In this document: piece after piece, positions 30,001-32,593 of the stretch
Layout of the letters: each line of letters begins with the position of its first letter
Position numbering within the stretch: position 1 is the stretch's first letter
NCBI GenBank assembly: GCA_048940605.1
Contig: JBHLOJ010000001.1
Span: forward strand, 9,185 to 73,184
From: Promethearchaeota archaeon
Lineage (GTDB): Archaea; Asgardarchaeota; Lokiarchaeia; Sigyniarchaeales; SOKP01
Length of the DNA stretch: 64,000 nucleotides
Direction of reading: 5' to 3'
Notes under the pieces: generated by a model
Told to the model about the DNA's origin: nothing
The model's input: the letters and a program-made list of their open reading frames with translations, nothing else
Database searches by the model: none
Translations under genes and position numbers: made by a program

Positions 30001-32142
30001 TCTCGCAAACACGAGATCTGGGGAATTAATAGATGATATGGAATTTATCGAAAAAAATATGGTAAAAATATTAAAAAATATTACTATTAATAAAGCAGCA
30101 CGAACTACTTTTGGATTTAATAAGGTTTCTCGGATTGGGTTTTCTCTTTGCTCAGCTTTTTGTCGAGCCTTTAAATAACACCGAATATAAACCGAACTTT
30201 TGAAAGTAAAGAGAATAATAGAGCTAAAAATAAAAACATAACAGATAAGCTGAAACTGTGGTGCCAATACAAACACTCCTACAGAAGCAATTGAGATGAG
30301 AAATAAGAGTATCCATAATATCATAAACTTGTTTTTGTGATACGCTTTTGCTCCTTTATATCGTAGGTTATGTATAGCACTCTTAATCGTTATTTTTTCC
30401 ACGTCTTCTAGGAGATGAGTTTTTTTAGGAATAATCTCAGGAGAATTTTTACTCACGAGATAGCATATACAGATATTCATAAATGGAAGTATCTGAGCAT
30501 AGGTTATTATCCCTTCCGTAAATAAAAGATATCCTATCCATGGAAGCGGGATAAAACTCAATGGTAAGAATAATATCTGCCTTCTCCCTATTATCCGCCA
30601 CCCGTTAAAAAACAGATAAAAAAAGAAAGCAAGACCAACTTGTAAGAGAAAAAATAGAAATTTAATATCTTCAGGGAAGAAAATCGTAGTTGATGAGGTG
30701 AAAGAAAAGAATGCAAGTAAGACCATTCCTAGAATCGATAAAGCTAATCCTATATATTTTACCTTGTTTTGAAAAAATGAAGTTTTGAGATGCTGAAGTG
30801 TCTTTTTTTTAGTCTTATAGTGTTCTAACCTTTCCATTAAAATTGATTCTACAGTCTTCCTATGACGTGCTAAACTGAGAACATGTAATCCGTGCTTTAT
30901 TTTAATTGGAGCTATCTCATCATTAAGATCTTCTTTTAATTTGCTCCGAATCTTTGGATCTTCATTTTCTCCTTCTACTTTAAAGAACGCTTTCAATTTA
31001 TCTTTCTGTTCTCTTAGAAACTTATATTCCCCTTCTGACAAGGAATCTTCAAGGTGCTTGCTATATTCTATATATGTGAGCGTTTTATATTTCTTTTCTA
31101 TCTGTTTGAGCAGAGTCTGAAATTTCCTGATAACAGTAAGTGGATATCCTTTTTTTCTTAACAGTGAGTTATAGCCCTTCTCGTTCCTCATAAGATAGAA
31201 TACATTTGCAAGATTTTTCTTCTCAGATGCAATCTTCTCTATAATTTTTTGGAGATCACAAATAAATAAAGCAGAATATCTTTGCTTCTCTAACAACGTT
31301 ATGTGTTTAGATTTATTTTCTATAAATTCAGTAATATTAGTTGAGCCTGTAAATTCAAGTAGTTCTCTCACTTTCCTATTTCGTTTTATTTGGAATTGGG
31401 GAAGAAAAATTTCCTTTCCCTCGACCATGATAATACCTGAAAAGAATTTATCCAACTGTTCTCTCCAATGATTTTCAATAACAGCATAAAATTCTTTATA
31501 TGATATTGAGTGAACGTTTATAGATTGGGTACAGATATAATTATTATAATACTCTGCATATAACTCAAGGTCTCTAAGAGTTTTTTTGCTATATCCTAAT
31601 TTTTTAAAGATGTGTTTATATCCTTTTTTCAATTGGACAAATTCAACAATATCACCATCGTTGTTATAGCATAAGCAACTAGATTTAAGATGATCTTTAA
31701 TGAACTCTTCTAATTGAGAACCATAAATCTTTTTAACGCGCTCTCTGATTTTTTTATCTCTTTTTGCTAACTTTTTACGCCCTTCCCGGTCTAAAATGGA
31801 TAATCTTTGCAATTCTTTATACTGTCGAAGTTTCACTCTTTGTTGCCGTCGAACTGATGAAAGATCACGATAGGAATCAATTTTCTCTTGTTTGGTTCCC
31901 TCAAAGAGAGGAATACTTTTTATATCTGGTAAAGAGTCATTTTGTTTTATCGGTATTTGAGAGATATAATCTAGAAAGAATGAATTACTTTGGTGCTCAT
32001 ATTCCTTCCATACATTATTAAGGAGATAGATGAATTTTTTTATATCTTCATAATATAAATCTGCGAATGAAGATGTAACATTGGAATTTTGGTCTTTCGT
32101 TACCACTGTATAGACTTTTTTCTTTTCTTTATTTCTACTCAT
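1..32142 (-). CDS. Giant multi-pass-membrane-anchored surface/adhesin-like protein, >10,714 aa; 3' end runs off the window (partial)
   Basis: Absent from the supplied ORF track (no stop inside the window). The minus-strand frame whose codons start at plus coordinates = 1 mod 3 opens with ATG (plus-strand cat at 32140-32142; MSRNKEKKKVYTVVTKDQ...). I found no in-frame stop. I read 32142->~27950 and 1205->1 continuously, plus 14040-14760, 20701-21000 and 25981-26340. I also checked ~20 scattered 60-nt lines (2401, 4501, 6001, 7201, 9001, 10201, 12001, 13201, 15001-15240, 16801, 18901, 19801, 22801, 24001, 27001, 29401, 30601, 31501). All short minus ORFs listed in 1-32 kb lie in another frame (= 0 mod 3). 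The translation is protein-like throughout and includes Ig-like repeats such as DRTPPVFSGTSISNN...WQIILDSAQLSDGYYDITLYAL. About a quarter of the codons were read directly. Confidence 0.85.
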   Translation of the reverse strand, partial: MSRNKEKKKVYTVVTKDQNSNVTSSFADLYYEDIKKFIYLLNNVWKEYEHQSNSFFLDYISQIPIKQNDSLPDIKSIPLFEGTKQEKIDSYRDLSSVRRQQRVKLRQYKELQRLSILDREGRKKLAKRDKKIRERVKKIYGSQLEEFIKDHLKSSCLCYNNDGDIVEFVQLKKGYKHIFKKLGYSKKTLRDLELYAEYYNNYICTQSINVHSISYKEFYAVIENHWREQLDKFFSGIIMVEGKEIFLPQFQIKRNRKVRELLEFTGSTNITEFIENKSKHITLLEKQRYSALFICDLQKIIEKIASEKKNLANVFYLMRNEKGYNSLLRKKGYPLTVIRKFQTLLKQIEKKYKTLTYIEYSKHLEDSLSEGEYKFLREQKDKLKAFFKVEGENEDPKIRSKLKEDLNDEIAPIKIKHGLHVLSLARHRKTVESILMERLEHYKTKKKTLQHLKTSFFQNKVKYIGLALSILGMVLLAFFSFTSSTTIFFPEDIKFLFFLLQVGLAFFFYLFFNGWRIIGRRQILFLPLSFIPLPWIGYLLFTEGIITYAQILPFMNICICYLVSKNSPEIIPKKTHLLEDVEKITIKSAIHNLRYKGAKAYHKNKFMILWILLFLISIASVGVFVLAPQFQLICYVFIFSSIILFTFKSSVYIRCYLKARQKAEQRENPIRETLLNPKVVRAALLIVIFFNIFTIFFSINSISSINSPDLVFARVSQDQRLHPASIDFSSLEYSSYLEDLDDLSINDEFIIKCKISPILGVASLIRVRFIPQKVPPIEGFRLQKYYDVSSEYVNGPKNDYEMITHVPLNTLDLAPGTYKVEVYYSELTGFGFRSASPQTYEIILGRDDLHVVSNEPFPEPIEDGFNYAGVYTFEDEIEGKLCWRIVYDGQIQNSAHENVPLDNLDLYIEESDRFIKISNISTDKKGKFYYSHIVYGSIEQNLLVKIESSCKSEFYNPLSHVEYAGLETDIHGKRFFLDKDDDHYPDWNYDLYDLLKVIASYSEAPPSSSLAFMAEFDEGSGSTTREFINDLEGTIEGNSTWTTGKRGSALSFDGTGTDFVNWSDVLDNDLDNDFVISGWFYPTAFISNESDNGIKNVFFSKAGIIEIGVNETGFAEIYLNTNSVEASATYGYIGAVALNSWNYIALRFNNSGNDVDVLIGDTWCRSALGVTAEPWNSGGTLKEGGDLIIGAETSSFSCFTGILDDLSVFNTSMSDAEIESHSGGPFLAIDVTVSREDGASGWTPITVSGETISGWLNYECNSTGKPIELLEFYLAGTEPDLQNPTPEEWNLFASYSYDDGLYSYVEESYNLPDNGTWYFVAKATDDISNFVYDYYDIYFEIDHFEDLINFTYTDKEGRINHNSQIGINIEDEYQWHISSLDVYINESDEIDFLTSINFTELASDYWLVYLDSLSDWVSTKGLNPDDYDVNFIIEANLIYGSGFPYYTHNYTLDQVILDINPPQMTLFSDDPYSLILGNTYDNIQNNLVSMAINSTSLDFCKVKFEYKYETPTTATWNNYGTFYANNNSLTEIVFNIINLADDNITFRFTGYDTLFNEKTISDGTYWIVKDFNNHELFAIEELEMSKLYGLDQEDMVDINVKVIPFDNDITKITLATSYETFTLTNIVSEQNHIYFEDDGAYDPDIKLNSAYYNIFGSDFTIIPIEIKLYQGTTFITSKKLDIIATSESFSDIVEISNIDVNISAETSNILMSFANNSNAYNNSHKIPFVVKNLPPVLKVYNSYGELVEIIELSAEYDYVESVNYTEVQVSEYRFTLGIPSLPGGDEVCSIEAVKLNGSSYEFSYFIDDQICITLFSQQDLDGVHNFTIDFGISNATHSVNQFIGSYSFQSLPQDNYTMIGEFYDISGEISAYTIPQVFTIDYQGPEIYQQFDVAHPINPESGSISFIIDDFSGVDSYSFNSSIIGWWDVVGTTYTYFFNDTVINEGLTYIQLFSNDTLGFETEFNFTLYFDRTPPVFSGTSISNNVVSDIVQINVTVSDSLDCILEVEFKNEASGLITTAIDYSLIEISNNIWQIILDSAQLSDGYYDITLYALDRAGNSNNTIIHDIYFDNVFSEITLFEEHIYADDKIIYNNTISEIIYFNEEEYLTITAFDEIFDNFDWSQIDQTLEDQLGIKNITFYYTNPLAWYNISIVGSLDYEQFTYEIDGYGDPFTSTQYIKSIQSIKIGNYTIDKFTILLEGTSLLLQIDSQYRYALSSALTGQIYAQFYELVENEIVLQFNNNSKKWDLKSSGNYFNISEYLSLEEGNEFLFWLGVEDGLDNVFISHKMTGVFDNTMEQEPVDQNVFEWSLGTNSTGAGIIIFGSDVYLDSTIQVNVSSVLPTALGEVDVGRIMIYGSNDTYIGRAYYSGAEDIWNYYWDGDLLEALPPENYSLKVLLFDKAGNYLNHSHSVKLYDYTQIKLISDLVFGHIFEYNSSALSNENDIEGYIENFFGNEGLWDIIAQYYNPLEKEWVEMQTDSATILSNGSYSITWDISEDASFMASMYGFSYEYLPLQVTPVKNADLWGSWGLFRSSNEWQPIIISEVSSNIDISIYKFDNQTGWNLDSSLSNESTIASIQDQVFKLWDVNKDKSYEIIRVSASQIDIIYLNDNLDWVIKENVTQLSGYNYITFDVEYDGSTSNSVLISIQKDTSEVYSIWKYCFDTDYDLTYLDDRHTPLNFLPTSVEIENYFSASDRKAILVGGLIEDAYYSQIFEYNFKLELKNVIADSVLGKIVVIEYDKLNGIDTIILGIERLAIGKMDAVNALRRKSGTEEWTDFEITGFDDTKFKIIDLITIADNILEKLVISSESGIFQTTISYSEDATEIVSPICFVFEEYDKAELSPSYYPVIVPEKTPIYIVNHVYYRLAGSNGWNELEFNKIKYSQHEIQLDLQSLWSTLTNIKIAFAFESFESEERVAIDPSFQSYSGTSDTQLISASGIFFEDAKLPFMWLNPGTSYTSPLANWRLLPDFMTYHYSPVISGYGSKVFYPEEVRNELSGDYVTMPELENSLISYGNTYESGELAQYLNSKDDNSREDNFMNNYIDAAFASNPYMSETYNFSDMYYSGIHNELNSSGLYNYYDPEGSANNEQYVYVKNDLADFSVNNSEATQVYKSGAIPISISEEYLKSISFVYVPFSGGHMSGTISDTYFDDTNYVTLHPGGNGQTSYINIFSFNINDSYNSDDFYLSFYLEMEVPQATGELKINGQTYETGATIDCNRELIQDITSISFYSGGEYGYSEAYLYYFEVERITTDSSLMQSPSVSEVEITMLNWSQYITSEKDEDGVFGFQYTYKLPVVSRESIDSIQLSFDASINSISFEGGNYPLSIQLWNFVSEEWESIPLVSLDSSSTYIEDELFYDFWTWHPDGSSPPDDAFRPEWGTLGHNRINSISYGATFPGGVDSNGNIAYDSSFSEGGSFLVNDDTDPQIVQIFTEDGKVMFHDDNDFLGDEHNVNKFQLQNIIINTSSFKTTSEIFPDYDTAESFTLTYFYDYFVNDLHEFKVQIITERESSQNDNDDAYLCVGSFNTYTHTSSNFLNYDEFESVAINGEHVSENIDFTSSGVELYGYSGFNLVEDPQTIKFKDNFLSSSWSLEGVAEDTIYFQNQLASDAYVRSLYPDTNYGNNQYLSTYLLDYSYHFYCSQEPNIFIGSYVSGDRHDTREDDSEMYRVSSVLSGPYFQKTKVRYDVDTGFKTADYHYDVAVDKLSTITISLGDLNGPLEEIESAFGYSLSGTTRKDNNPPGYTYIWVETRSSYSHTTDVDLLTGDDVMEEFETFIETASIGYLVHGDNDEWELEATKGQSYGLPLSLYSTGAFVENTITWNNGRPAEGGLISTQQISGDTISWDLGDMSSENQYFKIDINEYGGYDYEDPVVKYTIGKMHQGGGILYMQTNITEALTLQNHYAYNVTMTPNDQLVLVCTANTNDSIKLALYDNSILAHEFTVIENGNDDFSSQVIVLETDTSLTFDQLKIVGELDSEESFLVNSITMMEGASIVDVKLSEVQFTEQAGVFPRIYNGIGGSSSSFAHIKDDQYYIIDSTNEDYRASVEFEFIIDDADWDDVDSLQVMLIGNPILEDASFSVLSTSYKPINYVQNDDMLVFTVSKDDCAAYDKEEGKYYFTFLIEHDASSSFQLQIDKISLITRKDWSAEHDLYRAAFTFERLGDAQQNDNVTVAISDDIYLNISDNSLNNAGTENIVCFYYNYSSQKWSAFINNEIDDKLNLTDIDPTMAPRIESRYSNENQGIRVHKIESHYYKQISDEIDFEKYKSLVLSYKNKESHADKVLTNSIDSMLTPENLFTQLSADVDIIYSFNDEMTEDNIFSYELVPTYITDYNDNISAYHYNETSLLINTVSSLVNSTVTSFSGDAINITGTLSNLNDMYSNDVEFNTTWITERYDNVTATKSAGVGTPSTATNFDIRDDLAWRNYTVGSLTQQLTITEEYSFTNLPNWTATAVDKELELQIFWDYAWQTSSGSCKIYAMNWGDPGDGDDTYEEVKEITSRGSWVTETISLSSSHLERNSTAYEVKIKIETQGTDSVSPYWNLIGTRIDYIYLDFKKTNAQTSTVNFNFNNLFDGNNDFIIYFRGKTDGFTSKLLVDGNNELSFSSTYSNFESDFLGNIDSVELWIADDGEIFHPSLDDRNLILDYLVVTWLNQPVNISVINEPISLDSSFSHHQNSSSYIDSGMYDDPFFGKNTIQFTLKNTMQTPVFGRNNANAYVDLELLELDLDFEVYPSKSQTPSSFVLDHIDIEGNNASKYPPSVLEDYSEYATSRFRNSAMDDIQIPLLTPIVLDFGLQDMEEFEGGSLELALDLDIALDNRKTDAIWSTRFRLVYYNYSSQQWQDFNGILRAENDGVSQDVWNPGTFSDNHIWYLQNVSKNEYIPISNTNEISISNPITFTTLDNHTVQNGIIQMALISYIIPSNFSIDSDHSNNYFVYERADPKVPITICQTVEVLESVIIAESQEIMYPQATLNVNMPLDENFRVNVSSIENLGEIVAVKGSFIDSNSIFYEYPIFSYWITSEEELVFNSPMKYFFTNITIDYIPQMTLNYSSVDGNWYLPESFASGEVNYTKPFFISNLWVNTTLYGTYVHPNVDVGYTVGMNEDGTFVHFTGSVDPLALVKGDIHFGKVNSKNLYRFALQDELLFQYNILESTTNFTGGSLHLDLNAGFKDVIYSELSQVSCTDYRLTVTINRYNPADETTDLIGTASISLDKSLLGFHNYDLTIDLDQFGFDTSELEMLVEAISRGSIYDLYITIESSVSNCKVDGNLFKGIYGYELLSAHFEIETAESDLTLNGEEVETPYMPISQESILLTKTDASTYSFGQLIYDFGFEIDEVRTDKDVLYEGSDYEFDLSEGIITLINTYRDYSGFLFADITYKAFEWKKGSVSSLDPITLTFNKDYKENITKFLEFVVQYDAIPGYEIDKIDKTTGRLVLSDEEKSAALLTIYMYNFVEEKWDEVRFVVYDDYTGTNSFSYVVDRNFIVFENYFNETTGDQFEIIAVFAVEEGISDCFVSKTHFDITSINASVYYDTPDTEHMINPEVEFDIDLTDYFTDDSVYLEQIEVDLMYSGEIEFDDAFLFSQYALLEEDYNFYIRNNYLDFEEFSLENDIFTLSREQIDQLLYHDIENEKYFIRAKLEYDWNCIIEMNLGSSSKLEIVSTLNLVKYDLSVAYTSYETTRISAQKTNITYDLAEIFGPNYIETESGISVLEDDTEADIGILGGYLRNADTRQRLMVRQQVFYEFNESTSGNFNILLDQEYTDANLRFLIPPGNLIQPENLTEQMFESPEQPEDFILTNGTFQTPYGELDTIDANYSKISSVEDTGHYFATYSFKDEEDGTSGINIDFVDDASIPGGFSAEIEGSYLGHNKVIEMHDGGYGALTLTHDIDPDQSYGTFEWWLGTGPQSIGGQAHYWFLRDSSDTSLFCIRQYTNDWQVYDDLGWYTIEPDVVTASTWYHMRVDFETTTGGYMGLSQYSCRVFIDGEEYGAFNFAENDTVDKICISTPTGTTVFDTYIDAVGMTWDSVYVIGDNNNSENLLDVQIDMEVDTEDSVDFLKYSYKTNESAVIDLDIWNWTSSTWYEVESVMNTVAFDDTSFELGIDSSYVNSTNGVRIRYQGLAASPFQLEIDKLGLNHSYHFKPFLINNTYFMFITDNEVTSVKFYYYNGTADEFIGNMTHHPYLKDVFEYTWNNTIEDTGASTNDTVEVMFFLTDILNNTGSYRYNFIADFTKPTPEISIGNGTESFESNTADPTTSLSFSHGEQKLYTELVRIIDNTMGSTSSWEEFDSSQYTMLDDLGEIPANFTIEYKVIDIAGNEAVNTTYNGDTYSYINFSRKIAISLANDTIDLNLGGNREISFENTEQFNNVEYLDASINGFNYGTAYLDNGYYKLSFGNENSVDTLIGYSDSLISENIYSSIDPLNHISWEVQEDGMFVAVQHVLVDEDIVIMNPIAYTSYATLDLDHLYDREFGLEDYILLDRVFYFNSSDNNNLVHLNTSELDFIVDTEGIVEFPEFSIVHELYENNTDVLDNSIYFEYYSASEVYNQLSLSNADGFFINFTMPSVYYDHTTIETLTISFNDIYDNAFPVGFYDVDLRKYFLDSVKADYEVEIFGLGKMMSIPLYIDLNRIQMSNPYDLFDMRALESISITITDSERWPGSFIQNCSEYSVMNLPYQRVGILDFTLYNLISDEITCDENGHVQSTVRFTSPDYYDFYAETTINIAKLDIEFTNVKAFAYSKQITPQSTVDIEYSDFIEVNYRWNDTLSPVLLNSLYEVPVTLINTSTGEDLAYGIGYWVTRGDVDSLSGYYSKYYYSRFKVPILLSSFNVTFGSHGTPIFNISFIDAPTFIINVTQESVFESDPIYLQETTYELEYGKDLVLDGAIRDNDGYLIEDEVYEYRYQEALDGQTVHRLKAISPFGDPDYIDREEFAIYYLNNNLEVVPLYSTLNGTSYYEGDILDYLNHPTISYVDNAFLLNIYWKKNADNFIDYDTYLLVTYKAVKGKTITPLSYSTLDSYGNDREENLVEIPFAKYDMALKNWIVENDFIEEFIIDKRVLYEEFESSSIIIEGPEYDEGQIIQTGIIDLVNIYVNKSSSEEFEWVNNSDYTWSINQNGELNITGLDYSSGDVYQACYLAYYPVPIPHPLDDSVSQIYSIKVINGTGYEYEFVADQDYTLSEDGYSIYFYDIYNTILESGNFSIYDEFLISYHAPLTRKVDLGLNLLLLQQDSQGNDIPIDTINVESIGMFSYEAILKESGLSLPLGGGRKLVHMALAYLPLSVYNKSSNSLVTIEYEADSGEKRYSHMESNKWVKPFTIITIPEKIKLMMVDDIRQDFVFDQEFDKDRDYIFNYNPAEAIEQGEEYTRVMIDALVNEDYTFSFQLTRDTEGTIEKIENEVVWLQIGLMPKSKSKFLNTRAIINEYGIHPYFEALGTEEITFRGPGTSEISTSKMFGKPLTYEIDGYDTNYTSYGPYIWMWSETNSEGIAEFSVKFDQNYIEDFIDIFGLVEGINSVEDVVLYIRAFNSFDFDWDDLAINTPDQYLCSKDGDVYDGRYQASNYTKSQFQDSTYVEGLIHLHKNHITVASNDYYTYRLPDEDIIDQYEPLTLHLYVHEANPIPDGMNHTLESITAIHDIAELESTGKSVFEDDWTYYAYIDFINPAGNVVESLYKELHETINSGYFTLDNETMVSIINKTGPGISSIRIQIAESDNYLASPYLFVPLEVIGPSYLKFGEKNTKIDLIDPFISAYGSAFDGEDYAPFESNYPHLIGTLWVDANFSGTGTEEEKELSIGDYVEINLMCTLPDEEPFPLREGVMLRPVNREGLLKFDIGLGPEDAYLMSLACSINLSFNIDYNAYQIFSDNRDVVIHLLDLRLEENPSSNTPNAIWSLYENDFDYDTSELKFSIDYEDESIEPDTGAISLGGTENGVDYGLEVEYTYDPEIDEYALDNSSELLTLLELESITPLEVRNESGDEVTDWTIPYSGSQYSLQAQSTVQFDDFDPAPIIKNYSSFTVIYKFDFDFDSKNYANITLGPGLENDLNSSWIEFDLEDGFLPASEDFYSPMFVRYNQTIIGDGDTATFSLDYGINNVDIDEWDDNYFTIYNSSRQGYSTGASNGIPQLTFSPIIASGDKVYVIYGVRSQYELGYGFQKVGKAYSDSVRLIYNNQSANEIKGSSGPISSLTLDDPSLYIGLDNSSTETVLELYSLPLLWAPEINLSIKLDPIIMDQIDSFPTEDNMLLVKFYYVATGGYGSYYTDTIELMLNYTAMEPDLVSETYTIHYNKDLQGLYEAFGAGSLDLYIAISQESNNSNYISYVIIEDFTYLCDEHLVEMYSTMPLDSEGNLDVDAVINTPHFYQILSRPFIDDYYGESPYDLLEDSEITVEVEDLPYSSLVSLDGVSGDYNFNYLGTMETLGISSENFYMIPNLALYTDAYDIDEVLYQDGSVNLYYGSGTEVSGEYDYHKRIYMTYESGKVDDYESSISSGVPTSWEDTFNVTDQFLTTHEIDVSSTILYHQLFDLTSDVIDDGSLSEILGNITGAYFGIQLPDEVSIAHIRAIGAPYEYDLSVQGFPIGKYYDGTYCQVLTSGTSYNFDTRADTQIMNGTTDYSLEFATNGSKYLVFYLSEQDAGDYNISNKIMVDYWVYYTFAEGFDYDIVEDPEEPYVSIIDWDYSITSIDSYSMHPDFANGISFTIDFSALEWNSINNSYIHNGQDAFTFQPEIQTNITVMYYGDENESFSILNIVPDEQFNDTAMFKNIYVEIWNNNDEETIELYKLQYPVAKDEIFQDENVSFYYWLNFTEIEKDVQTYKGSTWHLVEDSYTFVEIEFISDQLKYALSHTPFNYDYVGVEHDAYHITLLIPGKDPIYSNDTSEFNKYVLKIEDNYIYFQDRNSTEEGYIANKTSINLTYKFKLQPGLLDEEHFLMCIYPWTNVFDTTSNIYDTSVTDNGVHRDRFRKLSGSAIISPFEYSFSINDTYQLYLSYRLNQRECYEEKFEFDYNEQNFVFTYMENNFDKYVSEFVDDEEDPAVFVYYYDQFGTEQYLDRDSYTVDPNEHTVTLKNDGNIIVTVNAFTEFYVSVIIQPEDYTQFTYRYTFDPEDEDITDNLALTNWEVLNGEQFDMIPNFNAYYYIDESLSTETDSVCYATQVTAFLEPDEVVAFDLVDELPNEIKTKLWNDEYLSLYMNTVFENIQCLDNITINLYDATSCFAQQTISVEDIMKWDYNIKIDLIENKDLYSIHILPEFREDDEYSIDNVIGIPQFEFIEWDSLKAVENEDGQLIMKFPLSHTLFINESSLEVAYLFNNKLEYLALPDDVSFDWTIEQDLFDRDMYILHIPSIYINPDNPDEVCTFESGDEFVLRYNTPVEKAIQIGFEKCYFHKKPYDYDSLPSVAECLLINTEDIKSYDNFTAPYSYNITLQLTPFDTEYLGSYMNILIDINLTTLESFTDEEGYLNFSHILFSVPNPGYELTVHEVAIFQEAQGTADSFEFFNSRIWQYTESENVMSSTNPESDEYQLTLENTPLFYDDADEGKWLEYLKIYDENYNYYSAGISGDEYQLLYNTTTGDFTWNSGFDKFQEYWGMQIELPAMVDPNSTLYFEYCLNISWNAIIDLNYENLDAYSLELVYNEEYLLDAHYEEWYDEIIVNNNSDYDVVQYYTESFNVYDNSSSYSYIFETEYDFIEDFLNFSLFKIVGLYPNLTKTEIVNDSVNYDIDFDIQSKNITITDLDSGDGLLNQFNLITIVVNFTAGPVSERTQIILSDYFNQTYLTDIEATFYDYLVISFYYTEDSPEFFFAEDAQTIVSDYTSFASIDYTRNAQLSVNNSLNGYDTSESYLHFEVVEDPYNTIYEADLYGDGEVDYKQEIDIEKDGRIDITKYGIMNSTSGDIIWYRIIQDFEFIEHTFDKEVTSEERTRWFCLDYRSTGKAYLVYAQRGVQETLYTNRTTRTVFYAVTLDIDFDGLTDTHVAYEKVTDSFAVETIANEWTGLVKFSRKIKSKDPDEGDDSLDYYGKNDFLSFINYLTIEDIETQDYTNLPDVLSREKIIAWIEKTYTKFGEVNRTIYHTDQITQETLTYSDWENGELVEVRSYANNFADTFDDTRLESDIKTLSVTNEDTDQEFEIEAPLFVVADLSQLNWSTETWGIDNAPIKFETVTTQDDANEPEVENTLERTITISLHNRFSQYWDYLEPSPKAGSIVGTTNFKLLGIFVTPSDGLVYYTSDKYAFTYDVAKTQGHYLYYDSDSNGFYETIFILLPDEDNDEIYDVISIAYNYDGKHDLTPYQVLDENDPIGFSFVSKSFEWEIEHEGTLFHNDIEEMDAFMEKAKFELPEFDKFVPKDHIFDISKLNPAKNINAYAPRLFYEVYTQVYGSTWNMYKDGMQSDLYEQVLSMGVAGGVAAGISILGTIAGLSSSGIGVIAGFAFAVVYFSASVWIQDQKRQIQRERAASQIYMPLNAEGYPIESPDPTIMSDKRSDEIYGLWEHHHGSPNAKYIPVGDSEGLLTAQAIVTPPKALRFKGSYDDYSKFYGRLVLLGLLGSAANFEDLANIREVLDKSLSAYTNLDYFLVTSELPAYNGMNFYGFTPYKDTTRTRVYSKYPHNTLGFLESAVEVVSGNKYDTVRPYCVNGRPAYIFIDGTDDRYSLTQPASSLYQPIVISSLRYNELLEEGINTGGVVSVVAKTGIYTGVMKSIIPKGIDINSTNLDQSE
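841..960 (-). other. Glycine-zipper hydrophobic segment (probable TM hairpin) about 10,400 residues into the giant protein
   Basis: Translation: VLSMGVAGGVAAGISILGTIAGLSSSGIGVIAGFAFAVVY, with G-x3-G spacing (G5/G9/G13, G18/G22, G29/G33). Polar sequence flanks it on both sides (...DGMQSDLYEQ | FSASVWIQDQKRQIQRERAA...). Confidence 0.6.
14040..14640 (-). other. Second LamG-like jelly-roll module in the giant protein (approx residues 5834-6034), same type as in the two clan-CD paralogs
   Basis: Translation: GHYFATYSFKDEEDGTSGINIDFVDDASIPGGFSAEIEGSYLGHNKVIEMHDGG...TFEWWL...TWYHMRVDFETTTGG...CRVFIDGEEYG...TYIDAVGMTWDSVYVIGDN. It is colinear with YPGTYGFEDEIDGTSGTAIDFID...HNKVLHVED...WYHIRIYF...YFDAFGFDWEPGYTIG in ORF 42541..44538. 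Confidence 0.6.
28480..29110 (-). other. LamG / concanavalin-A-like lectin domain inside the giant protein (approx residues 1014-1217)
   Basis: Translation: ...FMAEFDEGSGSTTREFINDLEGTIEGNSTWTTGKRGSALSFDGTGTDFVNWSD...FVISGWFYP...WNYIALRFNNSGNDVDVLIGD...FTGILDDLSVFNTSMSDAEIESH. This matches the remembered Laminin_G_3 pattern (G.ALSFDG...D.V, W.H.A, F.G.iDev.i.n.aLs..EI). Confidence 0.65.
30040..30757 (-). other. Cluster of about 6-7 predicted transmembrane helices in the giant protein (approx residues 462-700)
   Basis: Translated hydrophobic runs: YIGLALSILGMVLLAFFSF, FLFFLLQVGLAFFFYLFF, ILFLPLSFIPLPWIGYLLF, IITYAQILPFMNICICYLV, FMILWILLFLISIASVGVFVLA, LICYVFIFSSIILFTF, VVRAALLIVIFFNIFTIFFSI. 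A ~460-aa K/E-rich non-hydrophobic N-terminus precedes them. Confidence 0.7.
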
Positions 32143-32413
32143 TCTTAACACCTTTCATTTCTAATTTGATGAGTTGCTTAATTTTTTTAATATAAATTGA
32201 AATCCTTTCAGGATGATACTTAATTTGATTAAAATAATGATTTAGCTGATTTTTAGCTATAGTACTAAACTTAGGATTTATCTTTACAACAATTAAGTGA
32301 AAAAATTCTTTATCGGAAAGAGTATCTACTTCTATAACAAGGTCGTTTTCTACTTTATTTTTAGTAGGGAGCTCAAAATTTGGGTGAATGCCATCAATAG
32401 CCACTGTACTCAC
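32135..32413 (-). CDS. Hypothetical 92-aa protein, overlaps the giant-gene start by 8 nt
   Basis: ORF track entry with a GTG start preceded by AAAAAGGTG. Its stop TAG (32135-32137) overlaps the giant ORF ATG (32140-32142) in the sequence ATGAGTAG. No motif recognised. Confidence 0.5.
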   Translation of the reverse strand: MSTVAIDGIHPNFELPTKNKVENDLVIEVDTLSDKEFFHLIVVKINPKFSTIAKNQLNHYFNQIKYHPERISIYIKKIKQLIKLEMKGVKNE

Positions 32414-32593
32414 CTTTTTGGCTGAATCCAGAAATCATCCTTTTGGCGATGATAATGGGTATTTTCAACTTTTTTCCGATTTTTGAATTATGATTAAAAT
32501 TTACTATGTCGTATTGATATTTAAATCATTCTACGGAATCTACAAGATTGTATTTTTTACCAAAAAAGCGGTATGAATAAATTCAGGTGATAG

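Noticed and set aside
1912-32021. About 25 short plus-strand ORFs (61-105 aa) and 8 short minus-strand ORFs listed in the track within 1-32 kb
   Set aside because: All lie antisense to, or out of frame with, the continuous 10,714-codon minus-strand frame. Their translations are low-complexity and I/F/L/S-rich with no motifs. They are the frame shadows expected of a long AT-rich gene.
32446-32520. C/D-box sRNA-like arrangement (ATGATAA ... CCGA ... ATGATTA ... TTGA) upstream of the 92-aa ORF
   Set aside because: All four boxes are degenerate. The C to D' spacing (~20 nt) does not fit the ~12-nt guide spacing of archaeal C/D sRNAs.
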